From an uncultured Thermoplasmata archaeon (lineage in GTDB: Archaea > Thermoplasmatota > Thermoplasmata > Lutacidiplasmatales > UBA184): a DNA stretch of 64,000 bases. Under the pieces are notes generated by a model. The model did no database searches. It saw nothing but the letters and a program-made list of their open reading frames with translations, and was not told the origin of the DNA. Every line of letters starts with the position of its first letter. The stretch's first letter is position 1. Below are positions 18,502 through 27,798 of the stretch, piece by piece. Location of the stretch: assembly GCA_963719635.1 (NCBI GenBank), contig CAVRCS010000004.1, positions 693,159-757,158 of the forward strand. Reading direction: 5' to 3'. The position numbers and the translations under genes are program-made.

Positions 18502-18523
18502 TTTAGGGTTAACACACCCTAAA
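18502..18523. promoter_or_regulatory. Inverted repeat TTTAGGGT-N6-ACCCTAAA in the thrS / beta-helix divergent promoter region
   Basis: Perfect 8-bp arms. It sits ~50 nt upstream of ATG 18571 and is followed by the AT-rich TAAAGTGTGATTT. Confidence 0.5.
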
Positions 18524-18570
18524 GTGTGATTTGCGCAAGAGTCATAGCCAATCCCCTACCGAGGCGGGCA

Positions 18571-21500
18571 ATGAACGCCCCCGGGAAGGCGGTCACCCCC
18601 GCGATAGCCCTTTGCCTTGTGATGGTCGTGTCAGCCCTGGCGGGCGTCACGGTCTCGGCGATCTCCGCCAGCGCCCTTGGGTCCCATGCGGCGAGTCGAT
18701 CAGGTCCCGATACCGGAATAGCGGCCGTCGGGCCTCAGCCGCTCGGGACCACGACCCCCTCTTCTGCCACGCCGCTCGCCAGCGCCGCGGCTGCGCAACA
18801 CGAGTTGCCGGCTCCGACATGCGACGTCACAGTCGCCAGGGAGAACGGCGGCGACAACGCCGTCCAATCCGCGATCAATGCGGCATCGCCCGGCACGGTC
18901 ATCTGCATCGCCGCCGGCACGTACCCCGAGCAGCTCAACATCTCTACCTCCGACCTGACCCTCTATGGGCTGGGCGGCAACGGGAGCGCAGGCACGATCC
19001 TCGAGCCGCACGCTCCGCTGGCCTACAACACGTTCGACTACGACGGTGCGACGCCCACCAGCGAGCGGACCGCCGCCCTCGTCCTCGTGGACGGCAGCAC
19101 CGGCACGCCGCACTCCGGCGTTAGCGGTGTCGCTATCGAGAACCTCCAGGTCAACGGCTCCGCCGGCAGCAGCACGTTCACCGGTTGCGGCCAGGGCTAC
19201 GACGGGATCGTCTTCGCGAACTCCTCCGGGAAGCTCGCGCAGGTCTCCGTCACCGACGTCGAGCTCTCGCACAACCTCTTCGGTTGCCAGGCGGGCCTGG
19301 CGATCTACGCCTACGATGGCTACTTCAACTTCCCGCACGCCGGCCCCGCGTCGGTCGTCGTCCTGAACTCGACGATCTCCAACTACGACAAGAACGGGAT
19401 TACCTGCGACGATGTCGGGGTCTCCTGCCTCATCGCCGACTCCACGGTGACGGGGATCAACGGGACGACGCTCATCGCCCAGAACGGCATCCAGGTCGCC
19501 TACGGTGCGAGTGAGACGATCGTAGACGATGCGGTCTCCGGCGACCACTACACCGGTTCGGTCCCGGACAACGGAGACTACTTCGAACCGCAGTATCTGG
19601 CGGCCGGGATTCTCCTCTTCGACAACGGCAACACGGCGGTCGTGCGCACCAACCATCTCAGCGGCAACGACATCGGGATCTATGTGGCCGGTACCGCCAA
19701 CGCCACGATTGCGGGCAACACGATCACGCAGGGATACTCCTACGGGATCACGCTGGACCTGAACACCTCCACGAACTACCTTGGGCTGCCGGTGTACAGC
19801 TCGCTCCCCGCATACTCCACCGTGACCGGCAATACGGTCAACAATGTGAACGTCGGTTTCCTCGTCTACGACAACAACGTGACGATCGCCGGCGGCGGGA
19901 CGACCAACGTCAACGTCTCCGTCGAGGCGTTGTTCGATGCCCCGCACTACACCTACAACCTGAACATCGTTGCGATGAGCAACCATGCGAACGTCGACGG
20001 CCTCCTGCTCGGGAACGTCTCGGTCTACCAGGCGACGCCGGGGATGCACCCGACCGACGGGGTCCAGATCGAGGTCGGCCTCTGCGACCTCACCGCGACA
20101 GGTACGTACCCGAGCGGCGACCTCTTCGGGATCGTGGCGAACGGCTCGACCGTGAGCCTCCTGAGCAACGATGTCATCGGGTTCCAGACGGGTATCTTCG
20201 TCAACCCGAATGCCATCGGCGTGATTGCCGACAACGGAGTCGCCTCGCTCGCTTCGCTCGGCGTGCCGAGCGTCGGCATCTGGGCGGGCGACCAGACCCC
20301 GAACCCCTCGACCGACACGGTCGGGGTGTTCGACATCAGCGGCAACACGGTGAGCGGCCCCGGCGGCGGGACGAACTCCCCGCTCGCAGGCGGAGCCGGG
20401 ATCATCGCTGGCGGCGCGGATGTGGCGATTTCGGACAACACGGTCTCCGCCTATTCGGCGTCCAGCGCCAATGACCAGAGCCAGCCGAACGAGGGGAACG
20501 ACTGGTGGGAGGGAACTCAGTCGGTCGGAATCCTCTTTGGCTGCGGCCCGAGCACTCCCCTAGCGGACTGCACGGCGACCGGCAACACGGTCTCCGACAA
20601 CACGATCGGAATCGTCGTCATCCTGACCGACACGAGCTTCTCGACAACCTGGGAGACCGGCCCGGTCGCCATCACGGACAACACGTTCGACGAGAACGGC
20701 GGCTACGGCCTCTTCACGTCAATGAGCGGCGCCGGCCCGGACGTGCCGCAGACGAGCAGCATCGCGGGGAACGTCTTCAACGACACCGTCACCGGCGCTC
20801 CGGGGATGGACCTGCACGGCCAGCTCTACAACGTCACCGGGAACGTCCTGATCGGCACGTCGGCGTCCGGCGACCAGGGCCCGAGCCAGGGCGAGGGTGG
20901 CCCCAGCATCGCGACCGCCTCGATCGAGGCGACGGACTACTGGGGCGGCAGCGACCCGACGAACGTCGTGCTGCACCAGGACCTGTTCGTCGACACGACG
21001 CTCTACTGGAGCACGTCGTACGGCCTCTACGCCGGCGCCTCGACGTTCTCGGGCGGCGAGCTCGTCGGGTTCTCCGAGAGCGGGCTTCCGGCGCACCACG
21101 GCTGGTCGGTCACCCTGGGGACCACGTTGGTCCAAGTGCCGGCCCCGCAGGGCGTGGTCGGTCAGATCCAGAACGGTTCACAGGCGTTCGCCGCCTCCTC
21201 GGTCGGCGACGTGGCGAGCCCCGCGTCCGGCACGCTGCACGCCGCCGGGGCGCCTCTCACGCAGGTCATCGACTTTACGACGGCGATCTATTCGGTGACA
21301 TTCACCGAGACCGGGTTGCCGGCGAAGAAGCTTGCGCACGCGGGTTGGTCGGTCGCCCTCGGTGGAGTGCTCGATCACGCCACCACCTCCGAGATCGTCA
21401 TCTCCGGGGCGGCGACCCAGCTCGGCGTACTGATCACGCCCGGACCCGTCGGCTACCGGGTGAGCGGCGTCACCGGGCTCTCCACGACGAACCCGGACAC

Positions 21501-21912
21501 GCTCGTTCCGACCTCGGGTGCGCAGGTCGCGGTGACGTTCGCGAAGGGCGGAGAAGTGGCGCTCACCTTCCACGAGAAGGGCCTGGGCGCCGTCTCCTGG
21601 TGCGTCAGCCTCAACGGCTACCAGCTCTGCTCGACTGCGGCGACCCAGAAGTACACCCACCTGACGCCCGGGACGTACAGCTACGACATCCTACCGGTCG
21701 CGGGCGAGACAGTCTCCCCCACGATCGCGAGGGTCGCGATCCCGACCTCGGGCACCCAGGTGATCGAGAGGACGACCCACGTCACCCTCAAGTACGTTGC
21801 CACGGACGTGGTGCGATCCGGCTCCCCGGTTGGGAGCGGCGAGCAAGTCGCGGCCGCGCTGCCCCTCGCGCAGACCCGCGGCACGACCGCGCGGTCCGCG
21901 GGCCGGGCGTGA
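18571..21912 (+). CDS. Secreted right-handed parallel beta-helix (NosD/pectate-lyase-like) surface protein with C-terminal FTETGLPAKK / FHEKGL modules
   Basis: ATG at 18571 gives MNAPGKAV plus the signal peptide AIALCLVMVVSALAGVTVSA. The body shows beta-helix periodicity (N..I..N.I.GI). The C-terminus is near-identical in motif to the first CDS (VTFTETGLPAKKLAHAGWSV, LTFHEKGL..WCV). Confidence 0.8.
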   Translation: MNAPGKAVTPAIALCLVMVVSALAGVTVSAISASALGSHAASRSGPDTGIAAVGPQPLGTTTPSSATPLASAAAAQHELPAPTCDVTVARENGGDNAVQSAINAASPGTVICIAAGTYPEQLNISTSDLTLYGLGGNGSAGTILEPHAPLAYNTFDYDGATPTSERTAALVLVDGSTGTPHSGVSGVAIENLQVNGSAGSSTFTGCGQGYDGIVFANSSGKLAQVSVTDVELSHNLFGCQAGLAIYAYDGYFNFPHAGPASVVVLNSTISNYDKNGITCDDVGVSCLIADSTVTGINGTTLIAQNGIQVAYGASETIVDDAVSGDHYTGSVPDNGDYFEPQYLAAGILLFDNGNTAVVRTNHLSGNDIGIYVAGTANATIAGNTITQGYSYGITLDLNTSTNYLGLPVYSSLPAYSTVTGNTVNNVNVGFLVYDNNVTIAGGGTTNVNVSVEALFDAPHYTYNLNIVAMSNHANVDGLLLGNVSVYQATPGMHPTDGVQIEVGLCDLTATGTYPSGDLFGIVANGSTVSLLSNDVIGFQTGIFVNPNAIGVIADNGVASLASLGVPSVGIWAGDQTPNPSTDTVGVFDISGNTVSGPGGGTNSPLAGGAGIIAGGADVAISDNTVSAYSASSANDQSQPNEGNDWWEGTQSVGILFGCGPSTPLADCTATGNTVSDNTIGIVVILTDTSFSTTWETGPVAITDNTFDENGGYGLFTSMSGAGPDVPQTSSIAGNVFNDTVTGAPGMDLHGQLYNVTGNVLIGTSASGDQGPSQGEGGPSIATASIEATDYWGGSDPTNVVLHQDLFVDTTLYWSTSYGLYAGASTFSGGELVGFSESGLPAHHGWSVTLGTTLVQVPAPQGVVGQIQNGSQAFAASSVGDVASPASGTLHAAGAPLTQVIDFTTAIYSVTFTETGLPAKKLAHAGWSVALGGVLDHATTSEIVISGAATQLGVLITPGPVGYRVSGVTGLSTTNPDTLVPTSGAQVAVTFAKGGEVALTFHEKGLGAVSWCVSLNGYQLCSTAATQKYTHLTPGTYSYDILPVAGETVSPTIARVAIPTSGTQVIERTTHVTLKYVATDVVRSGSPVGSGEQVAAALPLAQTRGTTARSAGRA

Positions 21913-21947
21913 GGACCTTGGAGACGGTCCGATAGGTCGACCCACGG

Positions 21948-21979
21948 GACGCCCTCCCTCTCTCGGGGGGGAGGGCGTC
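21948..21979 (+). terminator. Stable hairpin (11-bp GC stem) 35 nt after the beta-helix gene stop
   Basis: GACGCCCTCCC-tctctcgggg-GGGAGGGCGTC. Confidence 0.35.
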
Positions 21980-22169
21980 GCCAAACCCCGCAGGGCCCGC
22001 CCCGCCGCCGTGCCTCTGCGTTCCGTGGGGGAGCCGACGGGGGACAGCGGGGGGGCACAATCGACTTCGGGGACTAGGTCGGAACGCCGCCAGTACATCG
22101 CCTGAGGCAGCGCACCCTGACAGCACCTCGATAGAGGCACCTCCCAACCTTGTTGTCGGACAGCTCGAC

Positions 22170-22460
22170 TCAAGGTCGGTCGAACGGGGGTTCTTTTTTC
22201 GTCATCGCCTTGTTTCTGAAGTAGATCACAGGCACGTTGGCGACCAACATCGCGACCGCAAGGGCCTGAAGAGTGAAGCCCAGGACTCCGTTGGAGTAAT
22301 CCCACACCGAAGGGGGCCCGTTGCACGGGGTCGAGCAGTTCTCGACCATTCGGGAGATGTTGGTCTCGGTTTGGTTGATCCAGTAGAGTCCACTGAACAT
22401 CAGGACAGCGGCGAGAGCAGCGAGCAGAATCGACACAAGGGACCAGCCGAGTCGGTGCAT
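22170..22460 (-). CDS. Small two-TM membrane protein in a lower-GC segment
   Basis: ATG at 22460 gives MHRLGWSLVSILLAALAAVLMF. SD AGGAGGAAGGGAAG is upstream. The local GC content is noticeably lower than that of its neighbours. Confidence 0.5.
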   Translation of the reverse strand: MHRLGWSLVSILLAALAAVLMFSGLYWINQTETNISRMVENCSTPCNGPPSVWDYSNGVLGFTLQALAVAMLVANVPVIYFRNKAMTKKEPPFDRP

Positions 22461-22529
22461 GACGAGCCAGCTTCCCTTCCTCCTAAACACACTCTTGCCT
22501 TACCCGAACCGGGGGGTAGGACCTCCACT

Positions 22530-22692
22530 CGCCGGTCGTCGGCTGCCCTTTACCTGCGAGTTTCGTCCGAAGAGCAGGACCTAGCCGGTCAGGAACGCGA
22601 CCTTCGCTTGGAGGTTGGACGCCGTGGTTGGTCTGTAGTCGCGGTCTATCGCGAAAGGGTAACCGCGACGGACGAGTCGAACACTCAGACCT
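22530..22692 (+). pseudogene. Serine recombinase N-terminal fragment, interrupted by the downstream IS
   Basis: ALYLRVSSEEQDLAGQ is the catalytic-Ser signature (YxRVSTxxQ). There is no clean start codon (a G6 run lies at 22512). The frame stops at 22690, just before the IS left end. Confidence 0.5.
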
Positions 22693-22704
22693 GACCTCCC
22701 GGCA

Positions 22705-24391
22705 GTTTGGGTAGCAGGTGCCTACCCAATTCCCGTTCCTCCCTCGTAGATCGCGTCTCCGGTCGACCGGCAACCTCTTGTAGGTGCATACGTAATGGCA
22801 TATGCGATGACCCACCGGGTGTACAAGGTCGTCGGACGCCACCGCTACGCCTACGAGTACGAGTCCTATTGGGACCCGAAGCGGCGGCGCTCCCACCAGC
22901 GGATGGTCCGCTATCTCGGGCCCTGCGACTCGAAGGGACGGATCCTCACGGAACCGAAGACCCGCCTCGAGAGCATCCACTCCGCCTTCCCCGTGGGACC
23001 GCTGGCGGTCTTCCACGCCGCGGCCCAGCAGCTCCGGGTCCAGGAGCGAATCCAAGAGGTGCTCGACGTGGATGAGGAAAGGGCCGCCACCCTGCTCACC
23101 CTGGGACTCAACCAGGCGACCGCCCGGGTCCCCCTCAACCACCTCTCCGCGTGGGTGAGGGCCAGTCCGCTCCCGACGTGGCTCTCTCTGGACGCGGAGA
23201 AGCTGACCCCGCGCTCGTTCGAGGAAGTCCTCTCCGCCCTCTGTCACCTCACGTCCCAGAAGACTTGGGAGGACCGCGGCCAACTCCTCCAGCAGGAGCT
23301 CACCCACGCCTGGCGCGGTTCCTCCCGGGAACCGGCGGGGCGTACTACGACATCACCAAACAGTCGTACTACGGGAGCCACTGCCCGTACGCTCAACTGG
23401 GCCATGACGAGCGGGGAACCGCCGTCGTGGTGGGGTTCGGGATGGTGGTTTCGAAGGAGCACCACCACCCGATCCTCTGCCGTGCCCTCCCCGGAGCGCA
23501 GAACGATGTCCTCAGCGTAGCGCCCACCTTGGAGCTGCTCCAGGCCCAGGGGCTGAAGCATCTCACCCTGGTGATGGACAAGGGCATGACCTCGAAGGCG
23601 AACGTGGCCCAAGCCGTCGCGGCGGGCTACCAGGTGGTGGGCTCGGTCAAGGGGTGGAGCCGGGAGGCGGTGGCCTATGCGTCTCGATGGCCAGGAGAAG
23701 GAATGGAGAGGTCGGAGCATGTGGTGGGGACCTCCCACGGGGGCGCGGTGTACGCGCGGGCCTTTACCGCGCCCCTGCTCGATCTTCCGCGAATGCGAAT
23801 CGCGGTGGTGGAGAACCTCTCACGGAAGTCGGAGGACCGGCAGGCGCGCGACCTCCTGCTCCAAGAGCTCGAGGGGCCGGTGTCGAGAGCGAGGCTGGCG
23901 GAGATCAAGGGGGAACTGGGGGATGTGATCGTCTCCTCACCCGGCCGTCGCGGGTTCCGAGTGGATTCGACGGCCGTGGAGCGGGAGCGGACGCTGGACG
24001 GGAGGTTCCTGCTGTTCAGCACCGACCTCGCCCTCGATGGACCGGAGATGTACCGCACCTACTTCGCGAAGGATGCCGTGGAGAAGGCGTTTCGCACCAG
24101 CAAGGGGGATCTCTCGTTGGGGCCGGTGCGCTACCGACGAAAGGATCGGTTGGACGCCTACGCCACGGTCGTCTATGTGGCCTATCTGCTCTGGAGCTGG
24201 GCGGAGCGGAGGTTGCAGGAGAAATACCCCGAGCGCCACCTCTCGGAGGCGCTCCGCGCCCTCGAGAGCGTCTCGTGGGTACGGTTTGGGGCCGGGAAAT
24301 CGGTCCGGGAATGGTGCACCCGTCTCACCAAGGAGCAGAAGGAACTCCTCGCCACCCTCGGAGCGAGCGAGTATCTACCTGCTACCTAAAC
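22705..24391 (+). mobile_element. IS4-superfamily (IS1634-like) insertion sequence, ~1.69 kb
   Basis: Terminal inverted repeats GTTTGGGTAGCAGGT (22705-22719) and ACCTGCTACCTAAAC (24377-24391), matching 17 of 19 positions. A single transposase gene ends inside the right IR. Confidence 0.7.
22795..24389 (+). CDS. DDE transposase (IS4 family) with an apparent -1 frameshift near 23300
   Basis: Two overlapping ORFs (22795-23520 and 23151-24389). IS4-like C-terminal signature YFAKDAVEKAFRTSK (YxxR/KxxxE...K). Confidence 0.7.
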
Positions 24392-24394
24392 CCG

Positions 24395-24600
24395 CGGGAA
24401 GACAGGTCAGAGTACAAGCGGCCTCGGCAGGACGCGCGCCGTCGCGACCGCCCGTTCGATCGGGTCCTGGTGCGGTCTCTTGACCGGTGGTCCCGTGACC
24501 CGTCGTTCGTCCGAGCCGTCGGCTCCATCGAGGAGTCGGAAGCCATAGGCGTTCGTTTTCGCTCGTTGCGGAAATCTGCGCTGGACTCCTCGGAGGATGG
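24395..24600 (+). pseudogene. Serine recombinase central fragment (continuation after the IS)
   Basis: RPFDRVLVRSLDRWSRD matches the resolvase LDRLGRS motif; GVRFRSLRKSALDSSEDG matches the GVxFxSLxExxDTSSPxG motif. Confidence 0.45.
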
Positions 24601-24800
24601 GTCTCCAAGCATGGCCCGCGACGAGGTTGGGCGCTCCGTTCGGTCTGAAGGTATCGCCCCACGACCTCCGGAGGTCGTTCGGGCGGATTCTCGACTACGA
24701 GCTGGGGGTCGACATCAACGAAATCCGGTCGCTCTACGGTCACGCCACGACCGAGCAGACGCTCCACCACATCGGGGGCGGTTTCCGACAAGGTGCGGAC
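24597..24800 (+). pseudogene. Tyrosine recombinase C-terminal fragment (degenerate)
   Basis: VSPHDLRRSFG matches box II HxLRH; LYGHATTEQTLHHI approximates LGHssisTTqiYtHv. A G5 run at 24785 probably shifts the frame onto SDKVRTAVERLD. Confidence 0.35.
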
Positions 24801-24934
24801 CGCCGTCGAGCGGCTCGACCGCCCGCGTCCGACCCTCGCCCTAGCCGTTCCCGGGTGCCCCTAACCCCATGTCCGGAGGGCAGTCCCCTGACGTGCGCTC
24901 AGCTCGCCCATCATTCATCACCAGTCAGCTGGTT

Positions 24935-25680
24935 CTAGGTTTCATCATCGCGCGGCGTGCTCGAGAGTCGGGAGCTCGCCGGGCGCGGAGGGGCCCGCGT
25001 GCCGGCGAGAAGGCGGTCAATGTGGAAGATTCCCCCGCGTGCCCCGCTCCCCCTGAGGCGGGCGAGGTCGGAGGCGGCGAACGACCCGCCGACCCACGTC
25101 GGTCCTCCCGCGGCGATGCCCCGGATCAGCTCCCAATCCGGATCGACCTCGCGCGGGGAGACGACGATGTGGTCCGGTCCCAACTCTCGGACGGAGCGGA
25201 CCAGGGCCGCCGGCTCGCGGACGTCCCACGCCGGGGAGGCCACGAGCCCGTGCGGGTCGACCTCGACCTCGAATGTGATCTCGGAGGAGAGCTTCCACGC
25301 TCTCCGGAGCTCGCGAGGGGAGGTGAGCGTCGCGCTCGACAGCACGGCGCGCTGGGCCCCGGTGACGAGGATATCGATCGCCTGGTCGGAGTTGCGGGCC
25401 CCTCCGTCGACCCAGATGGCGGCGTCGCGGGCGAGCTCCTGGAGCAGGTCCAGCTGGGGGTCCCCCGTCTCGACGCCGTCCAGGTCTACGACGTAGACGA
25501 GAGGGTAATCGGCGGTCAGACGGTCCAGCACGTCGAACGGGTCGAGCGGCGCTCCGTCCTCGGTGAGCGCCGGCGCCGGCCCGGAATCCGAGGGAACGCA
25601 GACCGCACCTCGGCGGAGGAGGAGCGCCGGGACGAGCGCCGCTGGAGTGTCGGGCGTGCCCGAGGTTGAGGATCCCTGCA
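24935..25680 (-). CDS. HisA/HisF-family (beta/alpha)8-barrel protein
   Basis: VVDLDGVETGDPQ and IWVDGGARNSDQAIDILVTGAQRAVLSSA resemble HisA/HisF. Probable GTG start at 25680 with SD AGGGGTGGG upstream. The long ORF-track N-terminal extension is rejected. Confidence 0.6.
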
Positions 25681-26164
25681 CCGCTTGCCGCCCACCCCTT
25701 CGGCCGGCTCCATCGGGCGGGAGGATTTCGACCTTTGCCCCTCTCCGCGGCCCGTCCCCGGTCCCCCGCGGGAGGGGCGCCGAGGACGGTGTCCCCGGTG
25801 TAAGCCGCTGTCGCGGCTCGCAGCCCCCAAACCTACTGGCAGATGAGTGCCCCGACGCGAACTGCCGGTTTCTCGGCGGTGGAGCTTTCGGCCGGAGGGC
25901 CGGTGCGCCGGGGGGTCGGCACGACCCAGGGGAGGCTGCAGGCCGCCGAGCCGGCGGCGGCGGGAGCGGCGGCGGCGAACAGGGAGAGCCCACGCGCGAG
26001 CCCGGCCGCGAGAAAGGCGGGCACGGCGCGGAGGGGGCGACGGCGGCAGGGCGGCCACCCTCCCGCAGACCTTGCGAGTGTCTGGGAGGATCGAACACAT
26101 CGCTCCGCGGCCCCCGGCGACCCCCCGTCGCGCGTCGGAGGTGCTTTTGTGCCGGAGTCTGTGA

Positions 26165-26492
26165 CGGTGGCGCCAGGAGGTGGTGGGCAGCTGACGGTGG
26201 TCCGGCTCGGCAACGACCGGCCGCTGAGGAAAGTCCCCTCTCCGGGAGACGCGGGGTCGGGCGGGAGCCCGACGGGCGAGAGTCCGAGCTCCGGAGCAGA
26301 AACGACACAGCCCGACGGTACGGTGATGGGGGTTGCCCCGGAGGTTCCGACGGGAATTGATGAAACGGCCGCCTCCCCGGGAGCAAGCTCCGAACGGCGG
26401 GGTGAGGTGTCTCCCTGACCGCCAAGGCGAGCGCGCAGTCGAATGCTGCCACGAACCGAAAGGGGCTTACGACCACCACCTGGCCGCACCGG
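26165..26492 (+). ncRNA. rnpB: RNase P RNA
   Basis: CR-I GAGGAAAGTCC (26225-35). GATGAAACGG and CCCCGGGAGCAAG resemble CR-II and CR-IV. GAATGCTGCCACGAACCGAAAGGGGCTTA aligns with bacterial CR-V GAAUGACUGUCCACGACAGAACCCGGCUUA. P4 covariation GUCCCC / GGGGCU. Closing helix CCAGGAGGTGGTGG (26172-85) pairs with CCACCACCTGG (26472-82). TATA-like CTTTTGTG at 26143-50. Confidence 0.65.
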
Positions 26493-26758
26493 CGAGAAAT
26501 CGCCGGTGCGTTACGTTCCGGCGGCGCTACGCTGCGAACCGCCCGGCGGCCGCGAGCACCGCGAGCGTGCCGGTGGTGACCCAGCCATTGCTCCGGCCGC
26601 GCTCGCGCGTCCACAGACAGGGCGACGCATCTTCCCTGCTGCAAGGCAGTAAAGGGGCTTGGCACCACCTGATCGGTTGCGCTAGAGCGGCTGGTCCGCT
26701 CGGCGGGGAGTCAGGCCGCAGACAAGGCTCTCGATCGGGTGCGTCCGGCGGGTCGGAG

Positions 26759-27688
26759 TCAGCGACTGGGTAGCGGGTCGACCGAGGCGGCCGGCCGGCC
26801 TCTACGTCCGGCCCGAGGTCTGCCGACCAAGTAGATCCCTGCCAGGACGAGCACCACACCGACCGCCTCCACCGGGTCCAGACGCTCCCCCAGGAACACC
26901 GCCGAGAGCACGAGAGCGGTCACGGGTACGAGGAAGGCGTACGCGCTGAGAGTGGAGGCGGGGACGGACCGCAGGAGATGGAACCATACCGCGTAGGCGA
27001 AGGCGGTGCCGAAGAGCCCGAGCCACACCACGGAGATCCACAGGCTCGCGGGCTCGACCGGCATTCGCACTTCGCCGAAGACCAGGGCGACGGCGGCCAG
27101 GGCCAGCGCCCCACTCACCAGCTGGTAGCCGTTCGCCGCGGCCAGTTTCTCGGGAGCGAACCGGCGCTGGAAGCCGACCGTCGCCAACGCCCAGCTGACG
27201 GCCCCGCCGAGGAGCTCGGCGAGCGGGAGGAGGTCGTGGGCGCGCGAGCCGGCCGTCCACGGCTGAGAGACCAGCACGACCCCGGCGAAGCCGACCCCGA
27301 TGGCACTCCAGTGCTGGCGACCCAACTGCGTGCCCAGGATCGCGGGCGAAGCGACCGCGACCCAGAGCGGGAACGTGTAGACTACCACCGCCGCCACTCC
27401 AGGGGCCACGGCGGGGGCGGCGGTGAACCAAAGGCCCAGGAACACGGCGGTGTTGGGGATCCCGAGCAGGAGGGCGTCCCGTCGCTCTCCCCCGGTGAGG
27501 CTTGGGGGAGACCGTGCGGCGAGCAGGACCCCAAGGCCCACCGCGCCTACGCCCGCCCGCAGGGCCGCGAGCCACAGCGGCGCGACCGACTGCTCGCCGA
27601 CCCGGACAAACAGGTAGTTCCCGCCCCAGGCGAAGACCATCAGACCGAACAGGAGGAGCGTGACCCCGTCCCATCGGTGGCGCTCCAC
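26759..27688 (-). CDS. EamA/DMT-superfamily transporter (10 TM)
   Basis: Duplicated EamA-like halves, hydrophobic throughout. Confidence 0.8.
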   Translation of the reverse strand: MERHRWDGVTLLLFGLMVFAWGGNYLFVRVGEQSVAPLWLAALRAGVGAVGLGVLLAARSPPSLTGGERRDALLLGIPNTAVFLGLWFTAAPAVAPGVAAVVVYTFPLWVAVASPAILGTQLGRQHWSAIGVGFAGVVLVSQPWTAGSRAHDLLPLAELLGGAVSWALATVGFQRRFAPEKLAAANGYQLVSGALALAAVALVFGEVRMPVEPASLWISVVWLGLFGTAFAYAVWFHLLRSVPASTLSAYAFLVPVTALVLSAVFLGERLDPVEAVGVVLVLAGIYLVGRPRAGRRGRPAASVDPLPSR

Positions 27689-27798
27689 GGCGCTCGCCGG
27701 TCCCTTCCGCGCAAAGGGGTTGCGGTGCCCCTCCGGTCGCCCCGTCCGCCGAGGGCGTCGGATAGCCTTTCATACGCGCCCTCCCCCTCTCCGCCGGG

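Noticed and set aside
26276-26300. Second CR-I-like stretch GAGAGTCCGAGCTCC as evidence of a second RNase P copy
   Set aside because: It lies inside the rnpB body, probably in the P5-P7 region. No matching CR-V partner exists, so it is not an independent gene.
25833-26489. ORFs 25843-26418 (plus) and 25833-26489 (minus) as protein genes
   Set aside because: Both overlap the rnpB gene and translate to low-complexity sequence.
26487-26510. GNRA hairpin GCACCGGCGA-GAAA-TCGCCGGTGC as an rnpB terminator
   Set aside because: It overlaps the predicted 3' strand of P1 and has no oligo-T tract. This may be alternative pairing rather than a terminator, so I left it unannotated.
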